A stretch of DNA of 56,927 bases from an uncultured Gammaproteobacteria bacterium (GTDB lineage: Bacteria > Patescibacteriota > Patescibacteriia > Magasanikbacterales > GWA2-37-8). The stretch is from positions 1 to 56,927 of the forward strand of contig CAZETA010000004.1 of the NCBI GenBank assembly GCA_964514995.1, given 5' to 3'. Of this stretch, positions 45,542 to 54,287 are shown piece after piece (the first letter of the stretch is position 1; each line of letters opens with the position of its first letter). The translations under genes were made by a program, and so were the position numbers. The notes under the pieces were generated by a model. The model did no database searches. It was not told where the DNA came from and worked only from the letters and a program-made list of their open reading frames with translations.

Positions 45542-45614
45542 TCGGGCTAGTGGGACTTGAACCCACGGCCTCATCGTCCCGAACGATGCGCGCTACCAAC
45601 TGCGCTATAGCCCG
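45542..45614 (-). tRNA. tRNA-Pro (CGG)
   Basis: Reverse complement reads CGGGCTA-TA-GCGC/AGTTGGTA/GCGC-G-CATCG/TTCGGGA/CGATG-AGGCC-GTGGG/TTCAAGT/CCCAC-TAGCCCG-A. C1:G72 and A73 are Pro-type. No CCA is encoded. Confidence 0.9.
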
Positions 45615-45661
45615 ATTGGGTGAAATCGATTTTTCCCCCATAGTACCATCTCTTTTAGTGC

Positions 45662-45690
45662 TTTTCAAGGCATTTTTTTTATGTTACAAT
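45662..45690 (+). promoter_or_regulatory. Extended -10 promoter candidate for pilT
   Basis: TTTTCA (45662-45667), 17-nt spacer containing TG (45682-45683), TACAAT (45685-45690). Confidence 0.35.
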
Positions 45691-45719
45691 TTAACCGTAT
45701 TTATTATTAAATTATTGAT

Positions 45720-46754
45720 ATGGCAGACCTAAAATCGTATTTCAAAGAGGCTATAAAACAGGATGCCTCTGACTTGCATCTGATAGGCGGTGAGTTTCCC
45801 ATGTTGAGAGTTGAAGGCGAGCTGAAAGAGCTGGCTGACAAAACACTGGATAATGAGGTCCTACTGCGTGAAATAGAAAAGTTGCTAACCAAAGAACAGC
45901 AATCTCGTTTTGCGACAGAAAAAGAGCTGGATATCAGTTATGCGATTGATGAAACCCGTTTTCGTGTTAATTTACACTGGCAGTCCGGTAATGTTGGTTT
46001 GAGCGCCCGGGTTGTTTTGGCAGAAATTCCGACTCCGGAAGATTTACGATTTGAACCATCACTTTTAGAAATGACCAACCTGTTAGACGGACTCGTATTG
46101 TTGACTGGTCCAACTGGTTGCGGCAAGACTACAACCATCGCCTCCATGCTGGAAGAAATAAATAAAAGCCGCAAAGCTCATATCATTACTATTGAAGATC
46201 CGATTGAGTTCATGTTTAAGGATAAAAAAAGCCTGATTGAGCAGCGCGAAGTCGGCGCTGACACTAATTCGTTTGCCAACGCTTTGAAGTATGTCTTGCG
46301 GCAAGATCCGAATATCATTTTTGTCGGGGAGATGCGTGATCCGGAAACTATCGCCACAGTATTAACGGCGGCTGAGACTGGTCATTTAGTATTTTCAACT
46401 CTTCATACACCGAGTGCCGCTGAAGCGATAGAGCGTATTGTGGATGTGTTTGAGGGTTCAAAACAAAAACAAGTTTTGATTCAACTGTCAGCTGTTCTGC
46501 GAGGTGTGGTTGCCCAGCAGTTATTGCCCTCAAAAGATGGTGGCAGAGTGCCAGCGCGAGAGGTGTTGATTAATACTCCGGCGGTGGCAAATTTGATTAG
46601 AAATAACGAAATCAGCCAGCTTAAGTCAGCTATTCAAACTGGCGCAAAAGAGGGTATGGACACGATGGAAAATTCAGTCAAGAAATTGCTTAAAGAAGGC
46701 TGGATCACTGAAGAAGTGGCAGAAAATAGAATGGGAGGAAAGAGGAAGGTTTAG
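45720..46754 (+). CDS. pilT: Type IV pilus retraction ATPase PilT
   Basis: 344 aa. ASDLHL, Walker A GPTGCGKTT, ITIEDPIE, GEMRD and the FSTLHT His box. Confidence 0.9.
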   Translation: MADLKSYFKEAIKQDASDLHLIGGEFPMLRVEGELKELADKTLDNEVLLREIEKLLTKEQQSRFATEKELDISYAIDETRFRVNLHWQSGNVGLSARVVLAEIPTPEDLRFEPSLLEMTNLLDGLVLLTGPTGCGKTTTIASMLEEINKSRKAHIITIEDPIEFMFKDKKSLIEQREVGADTNSFANALKYVLRQDPNIIFVGEMRDPETIATVLTAAETGHLVFSTLHTPSAAEAIERIVDVFEGSKQKQVLIQLSAVLRGVVAQQLLPSKDGGRVPAREVLINTPAVANLIRNNEISQLKSAIQTGAKEGMDTMENSVKKLLKEGWITEEVAENRMGGKRKV

Positions 46755-46757
46755 ATT

Positions 46758-48221
46758 ATGTATTTGCAAAAAATATTTAAACAGGTTGAATCGGTATCTG
46801 AAGCAGAGAGAACGCTCGTCTATGTTGTGGGTGGTTTTGTGCGTGATTTCTTACTTGGCAAACCTATCAAGAAAGATGTTGATTTTGTGGTCGTGGGCAG
46901 CGGTTTGGGATTTGCCAAGGCGTTTGATGAAGCCCTTGATAAGTCTGGCAGCTTAGTAGAATTTCCGGATTTTGATACAGCTCGTTATGTCTTAAAAGCT
47001 GAAGAATCGGGAGGAGAGATTATTTTAGAATTTGCCGGAGCTCGATCGGAGACATATGATCCCCAGTCGCGCAAACCAAAAGTGGAACATGCGACATTAG
47101 AGCAGGATTTAGCCAGACGGGATTTTACCATCAATGCGATGGCAGTGCCAGTATCTGTTTTTGCTAAATCTGCTTCACCAACAGAAATAGTGGTAAAAAA
47201 ACAGCTGGTTGATCCGTTTGGAGGTTTAGCGGATTTAAAAAATAAGATTTTGCGCACGCCGCTTGATCCCGATAAGACTTTTATTGATGATCCGCTCCGC
47301 ATGATGCGAGCTGTCCGTTTTGCGAGCCAGCTTGATTTTTCTATCGAGCCAAAAACAGTAGAGTCCATTTATATAAATCGAGAGCGGCTCAAAATTATTT
47401 CCGCTGAACGCATCCAGGAGGAGCTTTTCAAACTAATGGCCTGCTCAAAGCCATCTATCGGTTTGATTTTGATGTGGCAAACACATTTGCTAGACTTCAT
47501 TTTGCCGGAAATTTCAAAATTAGAAGGGGTAGAAGATGTCTATGGTCATCAGCACAAGGACAATTTATTACATACGTTCAAAGTTGTCGACAATGTGGCT
47601 GATCGATCCGATAAGGTTTTGCTCCGATTGGCCGGCTTGTTACACGATATTGGCAAACCCGCAACGAAAAAATTATTGCCTCGTATCGGTTGGACTTTCC
47701 ATCAGCATGAACATGTGGGAAAAAAAATGACCTATGGCATTGCGCGGCGCCTGCGATTTTCTAAAGCTGATACGGACTATTTGGCTAAGTTGGTTCGATG
47801 GCATATGCAGCCTATTAGTCTTATGGATGATGGTATTACCGATTCGGCCGTACGGCGGCTGGTTGTTAATTTAGGCGACGAGCTGGAAGACCTGCTTATC
47901 TTGGGCAGGAGCGATATTACTAGCGGCAATCCATACAAAAAGGAAAAAAGATTAAAAAATTATGATCATCTAGAGGCAAAGATTATCGAGGTCTTGGAAA
48001 AAGACAAGCTGCGTGAGTTCCAATCACCTTTACGCGGTGATGAGATCATGCAATTGGCAAAGCTTAAGCCCGGACCAACAGTCGGCAGAATAAAGGCAGT
48101 TATCGAGGAGGCGATTTTAGAAGGTGTCATTCCGAATGAATATGAAGCCGCAAAAATTTACTTTGAACAGATAAAAAATGAGCACTTGTCAAAAGCGGCT
48201 CGCTGGGAGAAGTTGGGCTAA
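46758..48221 (+). CDS. cca: CCA-adding enzyme / class II tRNA nucleotidyltransferase with HD domain
   Basis: 487 aa. GGFVRDFLLG, DVDF, RRDFTINAM, DPLRMMRAVRF head and neck motifs. C-terminal HD domain (HTF..., LLHDIGK). Confidence 0.85.
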   Translation: MYLQKIFKQVESVSEAERTLVYVVGGFVRDFLLGKPIKKDVDFVVVGSGLGFAKAFDEALDKSGSLVEFPDFDTARYVLKAEESGGEIILEFAGARSETYDPQSRKPKVEHATLEQDLARRDFTINAMAVPVSVFAKSASPTEIVVKKQLVDPFGGLADLKNKILRTPLDPDKTFIDDPLRMMRAVRFASQLDFSIEPKTVESIYINRERLKIISAERIQEELFKLMACSKPSIGLILMWQTHLLDFILPEISKLEGVEDVYGHQHKDNLLHTFKVVDNVADRSDKVLLRLAGLLHDIGKPATKKLLPRIGWTFHQHEHVGKKMTYGIARRLRFSKADTDYLAKLVRWHMQPISLMDDGITDSAVRRLVVNLGDELEDLLILGRSDITSGNPYKKEKRLKNYDHLEAKIIEVLEKDKLREFQSPLRGDEIMQLAKLKPGPTVGRIKAVIEEAILEGVIPNEYEAAKIYFEQIKNEHLSKAARWEKLG

Positions 48222-48228
48222 GGCAGGA

Positions 48229-48257
48229 TTGACTGTGAGCTGTAAATTTAGTATGAT
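48229..48257 (+). promoter_or_regulatory. sigma70-type promoter candidate for the AbrB-family gene / exporter operon
   Basis: TTGACT (48229-48234), 17-nt spacer, TATGAT (48252-48257). Confidence 0.55.
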
Positions 48258-48280
48258 AAGTATGATGAATCATACTTATC
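48255..48280. promoter_or_regulatory. Perfect 12-bp inverted repeat (putative operator) overlapping the -10 element
   Basis: GATAAGTATGAT-ga-ATCATACTTATC (48255-48266 / 48269-48280), ending 10 nt before the ATG at 48290. Confidence 0.6.
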
Positions 48281-48289
48281 AATTATCCT

Positions 48290-48508
48290 ATGGCAAAAGA
48301 TATTTTAGATAAAAACAATTTCCACATTTATGGCATGACCGTCTTGGGAGAGCGGGGGCAAATCGTCATACCAAAAGAAGCTCGCCGGAAAATGAAATTA
48401 AAAAATGGTGATCAGTTTTTGGTCGTGGAGCATCTTGGCAAGATAATTCTAGTACCCCAAAAAATGATGAAAGCCTTGTTGTCAATTTTAAATAAACATT
48501 TGAAATAA
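48290..48508 (+). CDS. AbrB/MazE/SpoVT-family DNA-binding protein
   Basis: 72 aa. GERGQIVIPKEARRKMKLKNGDQFLV is the looped-hinge-helix (SpoVT-AbrB) signature. Confidence 0.8.
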   Translation: MAKDILDKNNFHIYGMTVLGERGQIVIPKEARRKMKLKNGDQFLVVEHLGKIILVPQKMMKALLSILNKHLK

Positions 48509-48518
48509 TAATCATAGT

Positions 48519-50090
48519 ATGACGCAAATTTTAAAAACAAAGAAATTTTATATCATCGTGGGCATAATATTGATTGTTGGCGGGGCAGTCTACGGTCAAA
48601 TTAAAAAAAATAATCAACCGCCCGCATACGAAACAGTGCGCGTCCAAAAAGGCGATTTGACTCAAACTGTAGAAGCAACTGGCAAAGTCGAGTCTCAAAG
48701 CGATTTGTCTCTCCGTTTCGAAGTGCCGGGGATTGTGAACCAGGTAAATGTCAAGCCGGGAGCCGTAGTCAAGGCCGGCCAACTGCTTGCGAGTTTGCGG
48801 CTGTCTGAATTAAATGCGGCTGTAGCCCAGGCTCAAGCCAATCTTAATCAAAAGTTGGCGGGTAGTACCCAAGCGGAAAAGGATTATTATAAAGCGACGC
48901 TTGAACAAGCCGAAACAGAGTTGCAGAACAATACTGCAGTAGCCAGTTCTTATGAAGATGCGAAAGTGGGATTGCAAACTTCCCTGGTAAAGTTGGATGA
49001 TGGCTTGGTGCAGGCCGATAATATTCTAGGTATAGATAACTCAACAGTAAACGATGATTTTCAGATGGTCTTGTCGGCATCAAATCCCAATGCGCTTAAT
49101 ACTGCCAACGCGCAATATGGCATAGTAAGGCAGTTAATTTCTGAAAGTAAAAATAAGGTTTCTTCGTTGTCTGATGCGTCGATTGAGGCAGATATTGACG
49201 CAACCCTTTCATTTGTGATCAGTGCTTACAACCAGATGAATCAGCTACTTGCTATGGTAGGCGTGGTGCTTGACGCTTCGGTAACCGGGCTAAATTTTAC
49301 TCAGACTTCTCTAGCAGCTAAAAAAACCGCCATTGATACTATTAGAACTTCTGTGAACGCGCAGTTAGTATCCCTGACCAACATGAAGCAGGCTATCGGC
49401 GATGCAAAGCTCGCCGTAAAAGTTAAAGAGGCTGCCTATAAACAGGCCTTGGCGAATTATAATAATAAAACAAATCCGGTGCGAGACGTTGACGTGGCGT
49501 CGTATCGGGCGGCTTTGGCGCAAGCGGTAGCAGCTCGTAATAAAGCGATTATTCGCGCGCCGATTAGTGGTGTAGTCACTTCGGTAAATAAGAAAGCGGG
49601 TGAGTTTATCGGTTCCAGCGAAGCCGTAATCCGTATGTTCGTGCCTCATTATGAGGTGAAGGTTGATATTCCTGAAACAGATATCGTTAAATTGACGATG
49701 GACGACATAGTAGAGATTACTCTGGATGCCTTTGGAGAAGAAACAAAATTTTCCGGTAAAGTAGTGAACATTGAGCCGGGGTCTACAGATATCTCGGATG
49801 TGGTGTATTATAAAGTTACTATTACAATCGGAGATACTAAGCAGGATGTCAAACCGGGCATGACCGCTAATGTGACAATTAGCACTGATTCTCGTGCTGG
49901 TGTGCTATTTGTGCCATTGCGCGCGGTGCACACGAACGATGACGGCAAGTATGTGCATGTATTAGAAAACGGTCAGTCAGTCGATAAGATGATCAGGCTT
50001 GGGTTGAAGGGTGATAATGGGCGAGTAGAGATAAGAGAAGGGCTGCAGGAAGGTGAAGAGGTGATCTTGGGCACTGTAAGTAGTAAATAG
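48519..50090 (+). CDS. HlyD/MacA-family periplasmic (membrane-fusion) adaptor
   Basis: 523 aa. N-terminal TM anchor, lipoyl-like motif (VKPGAVVKAGQLLASL), long coiled-coil hairpin region, and C-terminal beta-barrel (APISGVVTSVN, VKPGMTANV). Confidence 0.8.
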   Translation: MTQILKTKKFYIIVGIILIVGGAVYGQIKKNNQPPAYETVRVQKGDLTQTVEATGKVESQSDLSLRFEVPGIVNQVNVKPGAVVKAGQLLASLRLSELNAAVAQAQANLNQKLAGSTQAEKDYYKATLEQAETELQNNTAVASSYEDAKVGLQTSLVKLDDGLVQADNILGIDNSTVNDDFQMVLSASNPNALNTANAQYGIVRQLISESKNKVSSLSDASIEADIDATLSFVISAYNQMNQLLAMVGVVLDASVTGLNFTQTSLAAKKTAIDTIRTSVNAQLVSLTNMKQAIGDAKLAVKVKEAAYKQALANYNNKTNPVRDVDVASYRAALAQAVAARNKAIIRAPISGVVTSVNKKAGEFIGSSEAVIRMFVPHYEVKVDIPETDIVKLTMDDIVEITLDAFGEETKFSGKVVNIEPGSTDISDVVYYKVTITIGDTKQDVKPGMTANVTISTDSRAGVLFVPLRAVHTNDDGKYVHVLENGQSVDKMIRLGLKGDNGRVEIREGLQEGEEVILGTVSSK

Positions 50091-50097
50091 AATCATT

Positions 50098-50820
50098 ATG
50101 GCCTTGATCGAGATAAAAAATCTTGTAAAAAATTACGAGAATGAAGGGGTGGTTACACCGGTATTGCACGGGCTTAATTTCTCTATTGCTAAAGGAGAAT
50201 TTGTGGCGATAATGGGACCGTCCGGCTCGGGCAAATCAACGCTCATGCACATTCTCGGTTTTTTGGATAAATTGACTTCTGGTTCGTATTTTTTTGCAGA
50301 TAAAGATGTGAGTTTTTTGACTGATGATGAGCTTGCCGGCATGCGCAGTCATGAAGTTGGATTTATCTTTCAGGCGTTTAATCTCTTGCCCCGTACTACG
50401 GTACTAGAAAATGTCATGTTGCCGCTTACATACCTGAAGATGAAACAGGAGGAGCGCGTTAAAAAAGCTACGGAAGCCTTAACATCCGTCGGACTCGGTC
50501 ACAGGCTCGGTTATTTTTCTAATCAGTTATCCGGCGGAGAAAAACAGCGCGTGGCGATCGCCAGATCACTCGTCAATAATCCGGCGGTAATTTTTGCTGA
50601 TGAACCGACAGGCAATCTTGATTCCAAATCAGGTTTGCAAGTAATGCGCATTTTGCAAAATTTAAACGATGCAGGTCATACGATTATTCTAGTTACTCAT
50701 GAAAAATATACCGCTGATCATGCCAAGCGGATTTTGCGGGTTAAGGATGGTTTGATAATAGAGGATGTTTCTGTTGTAAACAGGTTGTTTGCGAAGGATG
50801 GTAATGAATTGATGAAGTAA
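50098..50820 (+). CDS. MacB/LolD-type ABC transporter ATP-binding protein
   Basis: 240 aa. [35 protein letters not shown] and LVTHE. Confidence 0.92.
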   Translation: MALIEIKNLVKNYENEGVVTPVLHGLNFSIAKGEFVAIMGPSGSGKSTLMHILGFLDKLTSGSYFFADKDVSFLTDDELAGMRSHEVGFIFQAFNLLPRTTVLENVMLPLTYLKMKQEERVKKATEALTSVGLGHRLGYFSNQLSGGEKQRVAIARSLVNNPAVIFADEPTGNLDSKSGLQVMRILQNLNDAGHTIILVTHEKYTADHAKRILRVKDGLIIEDVSVVNRLFAKDGNELMK

Positions 50821-50924
50821 ATATTTGACATCACGAACGACCGGAGAGACTGTGGCGATCTTATTTGATAGAAGTGCTCTGTAGAATTCTTTGGTCGCCG
50901 CTCTTCTTGCAATGACACGTATAT

Positions 50925-52166
50925 ATGAGAATTTTAGAAGAAATACATAGCGTTTGGCGAATTTTGAGCCGTAATAAAGTACGGTCGTTTTTGACCATGC
51001 TTGGAATCATTATCGGCATCATGTCTGTTATTATTGTTATGTCAGTGGGCGCGGGCGCGCAAAGTCTGATTTTAAATCAAGTTACCAGTCTCGGCTCAAA
51101 TTTGATCGGCATTTTGCCGGGAAAGTCAGAGGATAATGGGCCTCCCGCATCGGCGATGGGGATCGTCGTAACCACTTTAACTCAGGATGATCTGGATACA
51201 ATCGTTAAATCTGATTTTTCTAATACTATTGTGGCCGTCACGCCGTATGTGCGCGGTGTGGACACGGTACAATGGGAAGAAAATTCCGTCGATACCAACT
51301 TTGTCGGCGTTTCATCTCAGCTGCCAAGCGTAGAAGATACTGCGGTAGCCAGCGGCAGATTTTTTTCTGAAGAGGAGGAAAAAAATCTGGGCAAAGTGGC
51401 AGTGTTAGGCAGCCAGGTGGTAAAGGATTTATTTGCCGACACTGATCCGCTGGGTAAAAAAATAAAAATTAAGAAAACTACTTTTACCGTTATTGGTACT
51501 ATGGTTGAGCGCGGTACGAGCGCTTTTCAAAATCAAGACAATCAGATCTATGTGCCGGTTTCCACAGCCCAAAAATTGTTATTAGGTATAAATTATATGA
51601 GCTTTGCTCGAGTTAAAATTGACCGAGCCGATCGCGTAGATAGTAGCGTGGAATATATCAAACAAATATTGCGTGAACAACACGATATTGCGAATCCGGA
51701 AGAAGATGATTTTTCCGTGCGAACTATGGCGCAAGGTTTGGATGCGCTGACTAACATCACTAATGCATTAAAAATATTTTTGTCTGCTATCGCGGCGATT
51801 TCTTTGATCGTGGGTGGTATCGGTATTATGAATATTATGTTAGCCGCGGTTCAAGAACGGACTCGTGAAATTGGATTGCGAAAAGCGGTGGGAGCGACGA
51901 ATCGGAATATTATTACGCAATTTCTTATTGAAGCGGTCGGAATTACTTTTTTTGGAGCGTTGGTCGGTATTCTCTTAGGCAGCGGCATTTCTGTTGTTGT
52001 GGGTGGAGTTGCCCAATATCTCGGGTATACTTGGGATATTGTAGTTTCTTTTGGGTCTATCATTACCGCCTGTTTGGTCGGTGTGGGTATTGGATTAGTG
52101 TTTGGGCTAGTGCCAGCCAAACGGGCGAGTAAACTAAGTCCTATCGAAGCTTTGCGATATGAATAA
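50925..52166 (+). CDS. ABC transporter permease, MacB/FtsX-like (MacB_PCD + FtsX domains)
   Basis: 413 aa. TM1, a ~230-aa extracytoplasmic domain, then three C-terminal TM helices. GGIGIMNIML...RTREIGLRKAVGA motif. Confidence 0.85.
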   Translation: MRILEEIHSVWRILSRNKVRSFLTMLGIIIGIMSVIIVMSVGAGAQSLILNQVTSLGSNLIGILPGKSEDNGPPASAMGIVVTTLTQDDLDTIVKSDFSNTIVAVTPYVRGVDTVQWEENSVDTNFVGVSSQLPSVEDTAVASGRFFSEEEEKNLGKVAVLGSQVVKDLFADTDPLGKKIKIKKTTFTVIGTMVERGTSAFQNQDNQIYVPVSTAQKLLLGINYMSFARVKIDRADRVDSSVEYIKQILREQHDIANPEEDDFSVRTMAQGLDALTNITNALKIFLSAIAAISLIVGGIGIMNIMLAAVQERTREIGLRKAVGATNRNIITQFLIEAVGITFFGALVGILLGSGISVVVGGVAQYLGYTWDIVVSFGSIITACLVGVGIGLVFGLVPAKRASKLSPIEALRYE

Positions 52167-53418
52167 TACTTCAAATGTGGCAATGAATTTGAAGCTGGCA
52201 GCTAAATCACTGCTTGCCCAAAAAACGAGATCAATTTTGACAATTTTGGGAATTAGTATTGGTGTAGCAGTCGTGATTACCATACTTGCCGCTGGCAGGG
52301 GCCTGGATAAATTTATCATGGGCCAGCTCGAAATTTTTGGCTCTGATACTCTAAGTATTGAAGTAAAAATTCCCAGCACCAAAGGCACGTCTACTGAAAA
52401 TGCGGTTGGCCAATCATCGGGAGTTATTATTACCACTCTTAAGGATCGTGATTTGCAAGATGTGATGAAGCATCCTAATATTGCGGCAGCCTATGGCTGG
52501 GTGATCGGACAGGCCGTTGTATCTTACCAAGGCCAGATAAAAACTGTGACGCTGGTCGGTCAAGGATACCAGACTCCGGAAGTAGATAAGTTTTCTTTGG
52601 CCGAAGGCCGTATGTTTACCAAAGAAGAAGAGGATTCTTTATCCCAGGTGGTAGTTCTCGGTTCTCGAGTAAAAGAGACACTGTTTGGCGCCGATGCGGC
52701 AGCGGGCAAGTTAGTTTCTATCAAAGGCAAATCGTTTCGAGTGCTTGGTACGGCTGCAAAGCGCGGCGCCAGTTTTGGTATGGATATGGACAATATGATT
52801 ATCCTGCCAACCAAGACAATGCAGAAGAGGATCTTAGGCATTGATTATGTGCGCAACATCATTGCCAAAATGAAAGATACGAGTATTTCTAAACAAACTG
52901 TGGGGGAATTGGGAGAGATCATACGAGAGAATCATGATATCACTGATCCTGCCAAGGATGATTTTCAGATCAATACCATGGCCGAAGCAATGAATATTTT
53001 AGGTAGTATAGTGAGTGGTATTACTTTTTTGCTTGTTGCTTTGGTTTGTATTTCGCTTGTAGTTGGTGGTGTAGGGATTATGAATATTATGTATGTTTCC
53101 GTCTTGGAACGAGTGTTTGAGATTGGTTTGCGTAAATCTCTGGGCGCGAAAAATCAAGACATTCTTTGGCAGTTTTTATTAGAGTCATTGCTTCTGACTA
53201 TTATTGGAGGGATTGTCGGAATTCTCTTGGGAGCGTTACTGGCATTTGTCGTCTATATTGTAGCCACAGCTAATAATTTTAATTGGGTGTATAGCATACC
53301 GGTGTATTCCATATTTCTATCTGTCGGATTTTCTGCTTTTATCGGTATACTGTTTGGTTTGTATCCGGCGCGCAAAGCTGCTCGGCTTAATCCGATTGAA
53401 GCGCTGCGAAGAGAATGA
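52159..53418 (+). CDS. ABC transporter permease, MacB/FtsX-like (paralogue of the preceding gene)
   Basis: 419 aa. Same topology. GGVGIMNIMYVSVLERVFEIGLRKSLGA motif. 8-nt overlap with the upstream permease gene. Confidence 0.85.
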   Translation: MNNTSNVAMNLKLAAKSLLAQKTRSILTILGISIGVAVVITILAAGRGLDKFIMGQLEIFGSDTLSIEVKIPSTKGTSTENAVGQSSGVIITTLKDRDLQDVMKHPNIAAAYGWVIGQAVVSYQGQIKTVTLVGQGYQTPEVDKFSLAEGRMFTKEEEDSLSQVVVLGSRVKETLFGADAAAGKLVSIKGKSFRVLGTAAKRGASFGMDMDNMIILPTKTMQKRILGIDYVRNIIAKMKDTSISKQTVGELGEIIRENHDITDPAKDDFQINTMAEAMNILGSIVSGITFLLVALVCISLVVGGVGIMNIMYVSVLERVFEIGLRKSLGAKNQDILWQFLLESLLLTIIGGIVGILLGALLAFVVYIVATANNFNWVYSIPVYSIFLSVGFSAFIGILFGLYPARKAARLNPIEALRRE

Positions 53419-53439
53419 TCCTGGAGTGCAAGGATAAAT

Positions 53440-54144
53440 ATGAAAAAAATTTTAGTCATACAATTTAGTGTGGATCAAGCCAGGGAGCATGGGCAGATTT
53501 GCTTAAAAGAAGTGTGCGCAGATGCAAATTTAACATTTGTTAACGCTATTGAAGAAAATGTTAGCTTGATAAATCTCGATGGTTTTGACGGTATAATTTT
53601 GGGCGGTAGTGGTCAATTTTATTTATCCCAAGGTGATGGTAAAGAAACTTGGCTCCCTCAAGTTTTTGTATTTTTAGACAGGGTTTTCTCTCGAAATATA
53701 CCAACTATAGGAATTTGCTTTGGTTCGCAGATATTGGCCTTGCACCAAGGCGCAGTTGTTGTCCAGGATGAAACAATGGGAGAATCTGGAACATTAGCAA
53801 ACTTCCTCCTGCCTGAGGCGGCTAGAGATGAATTGTTTACTGATTTGCCGCCAAGTTTTATGGCAAATTTTGCCCACAAAGACACGCCGGTAAATTTGCC
53901 TGGCAATTTAATACCCTTATCTCGTTCAGAAAAAGTTGTCTGTACTGCCTTTAGAATTGAGAATAAAAAAATTTGGGGCGTGCTATTTCACCCAGAACTA
54001 AGTTTAGAGCGCATGAAAGAAAGAATGCGTATGTTCCCAAATTATGTAAGTGTAGCAGACGATTCCCAGTCGTATGCTGATCAAGTCTTGCGGCAGACTC
54101 CTGAATCAAACAGAATCCTCGCTTCTTTTGTCAGACAGATTTAA
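53440..54144 (+). CDS. Class I glutamine amidotransferase-like protein (GATase1 domain only)
   Basis: 234 aa. Nucleophile elbow GICFGSQIL, and FHPE near the C-terminus providing the His-Glu of the triad. Confidence 0.75.
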   Translation: MKKILVIQFSVDQAREHGQICLKEVCADANLTFVNAIEENVSLINLDGFDGIILGGSGQFYLSQGDGKETWLPQVFVFLDRVFSRNIPTIGICFGSQILALHQGAVVVQDETMGESGTLANFLLPEAARDELFTDLPPSFMANFAHKDTPVNLPGNLIPLSRSEKVVCTAFRIENKKIWGVLFHPELSLERMKERMRMFPNYVSVADDSQSYADQVLRQTPESNRILASFVRQI

Positions 54145-54287
54145 TGATCAATGCTAGATAAGCAGGGGCTTTTCTTAATTGGCGCTATCAGGTAGTATTC
54201 GTTATAGATGCTGTATAGGGTTCGCCCCATATTGACTCGTTTGTTTAGGAAAAATTAAAGGTGTTTAATCTTCCGTCCATTTCGCAT

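Noticed and set aside
45411-45732. An 85-aa (-) ORF and a 78-aa (+) ORF covering 45411-45732.
   Set aside because: They are read straight through the tRNA-Gln and tRNA-Pro genes, so the tRNA folds explain the sequence.
3944-54287. N-terminal extensions of several track ORFs: 5408-5479, 9950-10012, 22153-22173, 34588-34623, 37563-37601, 38677-38745, 43669-43755, 44466-44531, 54261-54287.
   Set aside because: The conserved family N-termini (for example MCGIVGI, MIKLTGV, MQKIKKAILTGGG) begin at internal ATGs. The extensions overlap upstream genes or look non-coding, so the shorter starts were used.
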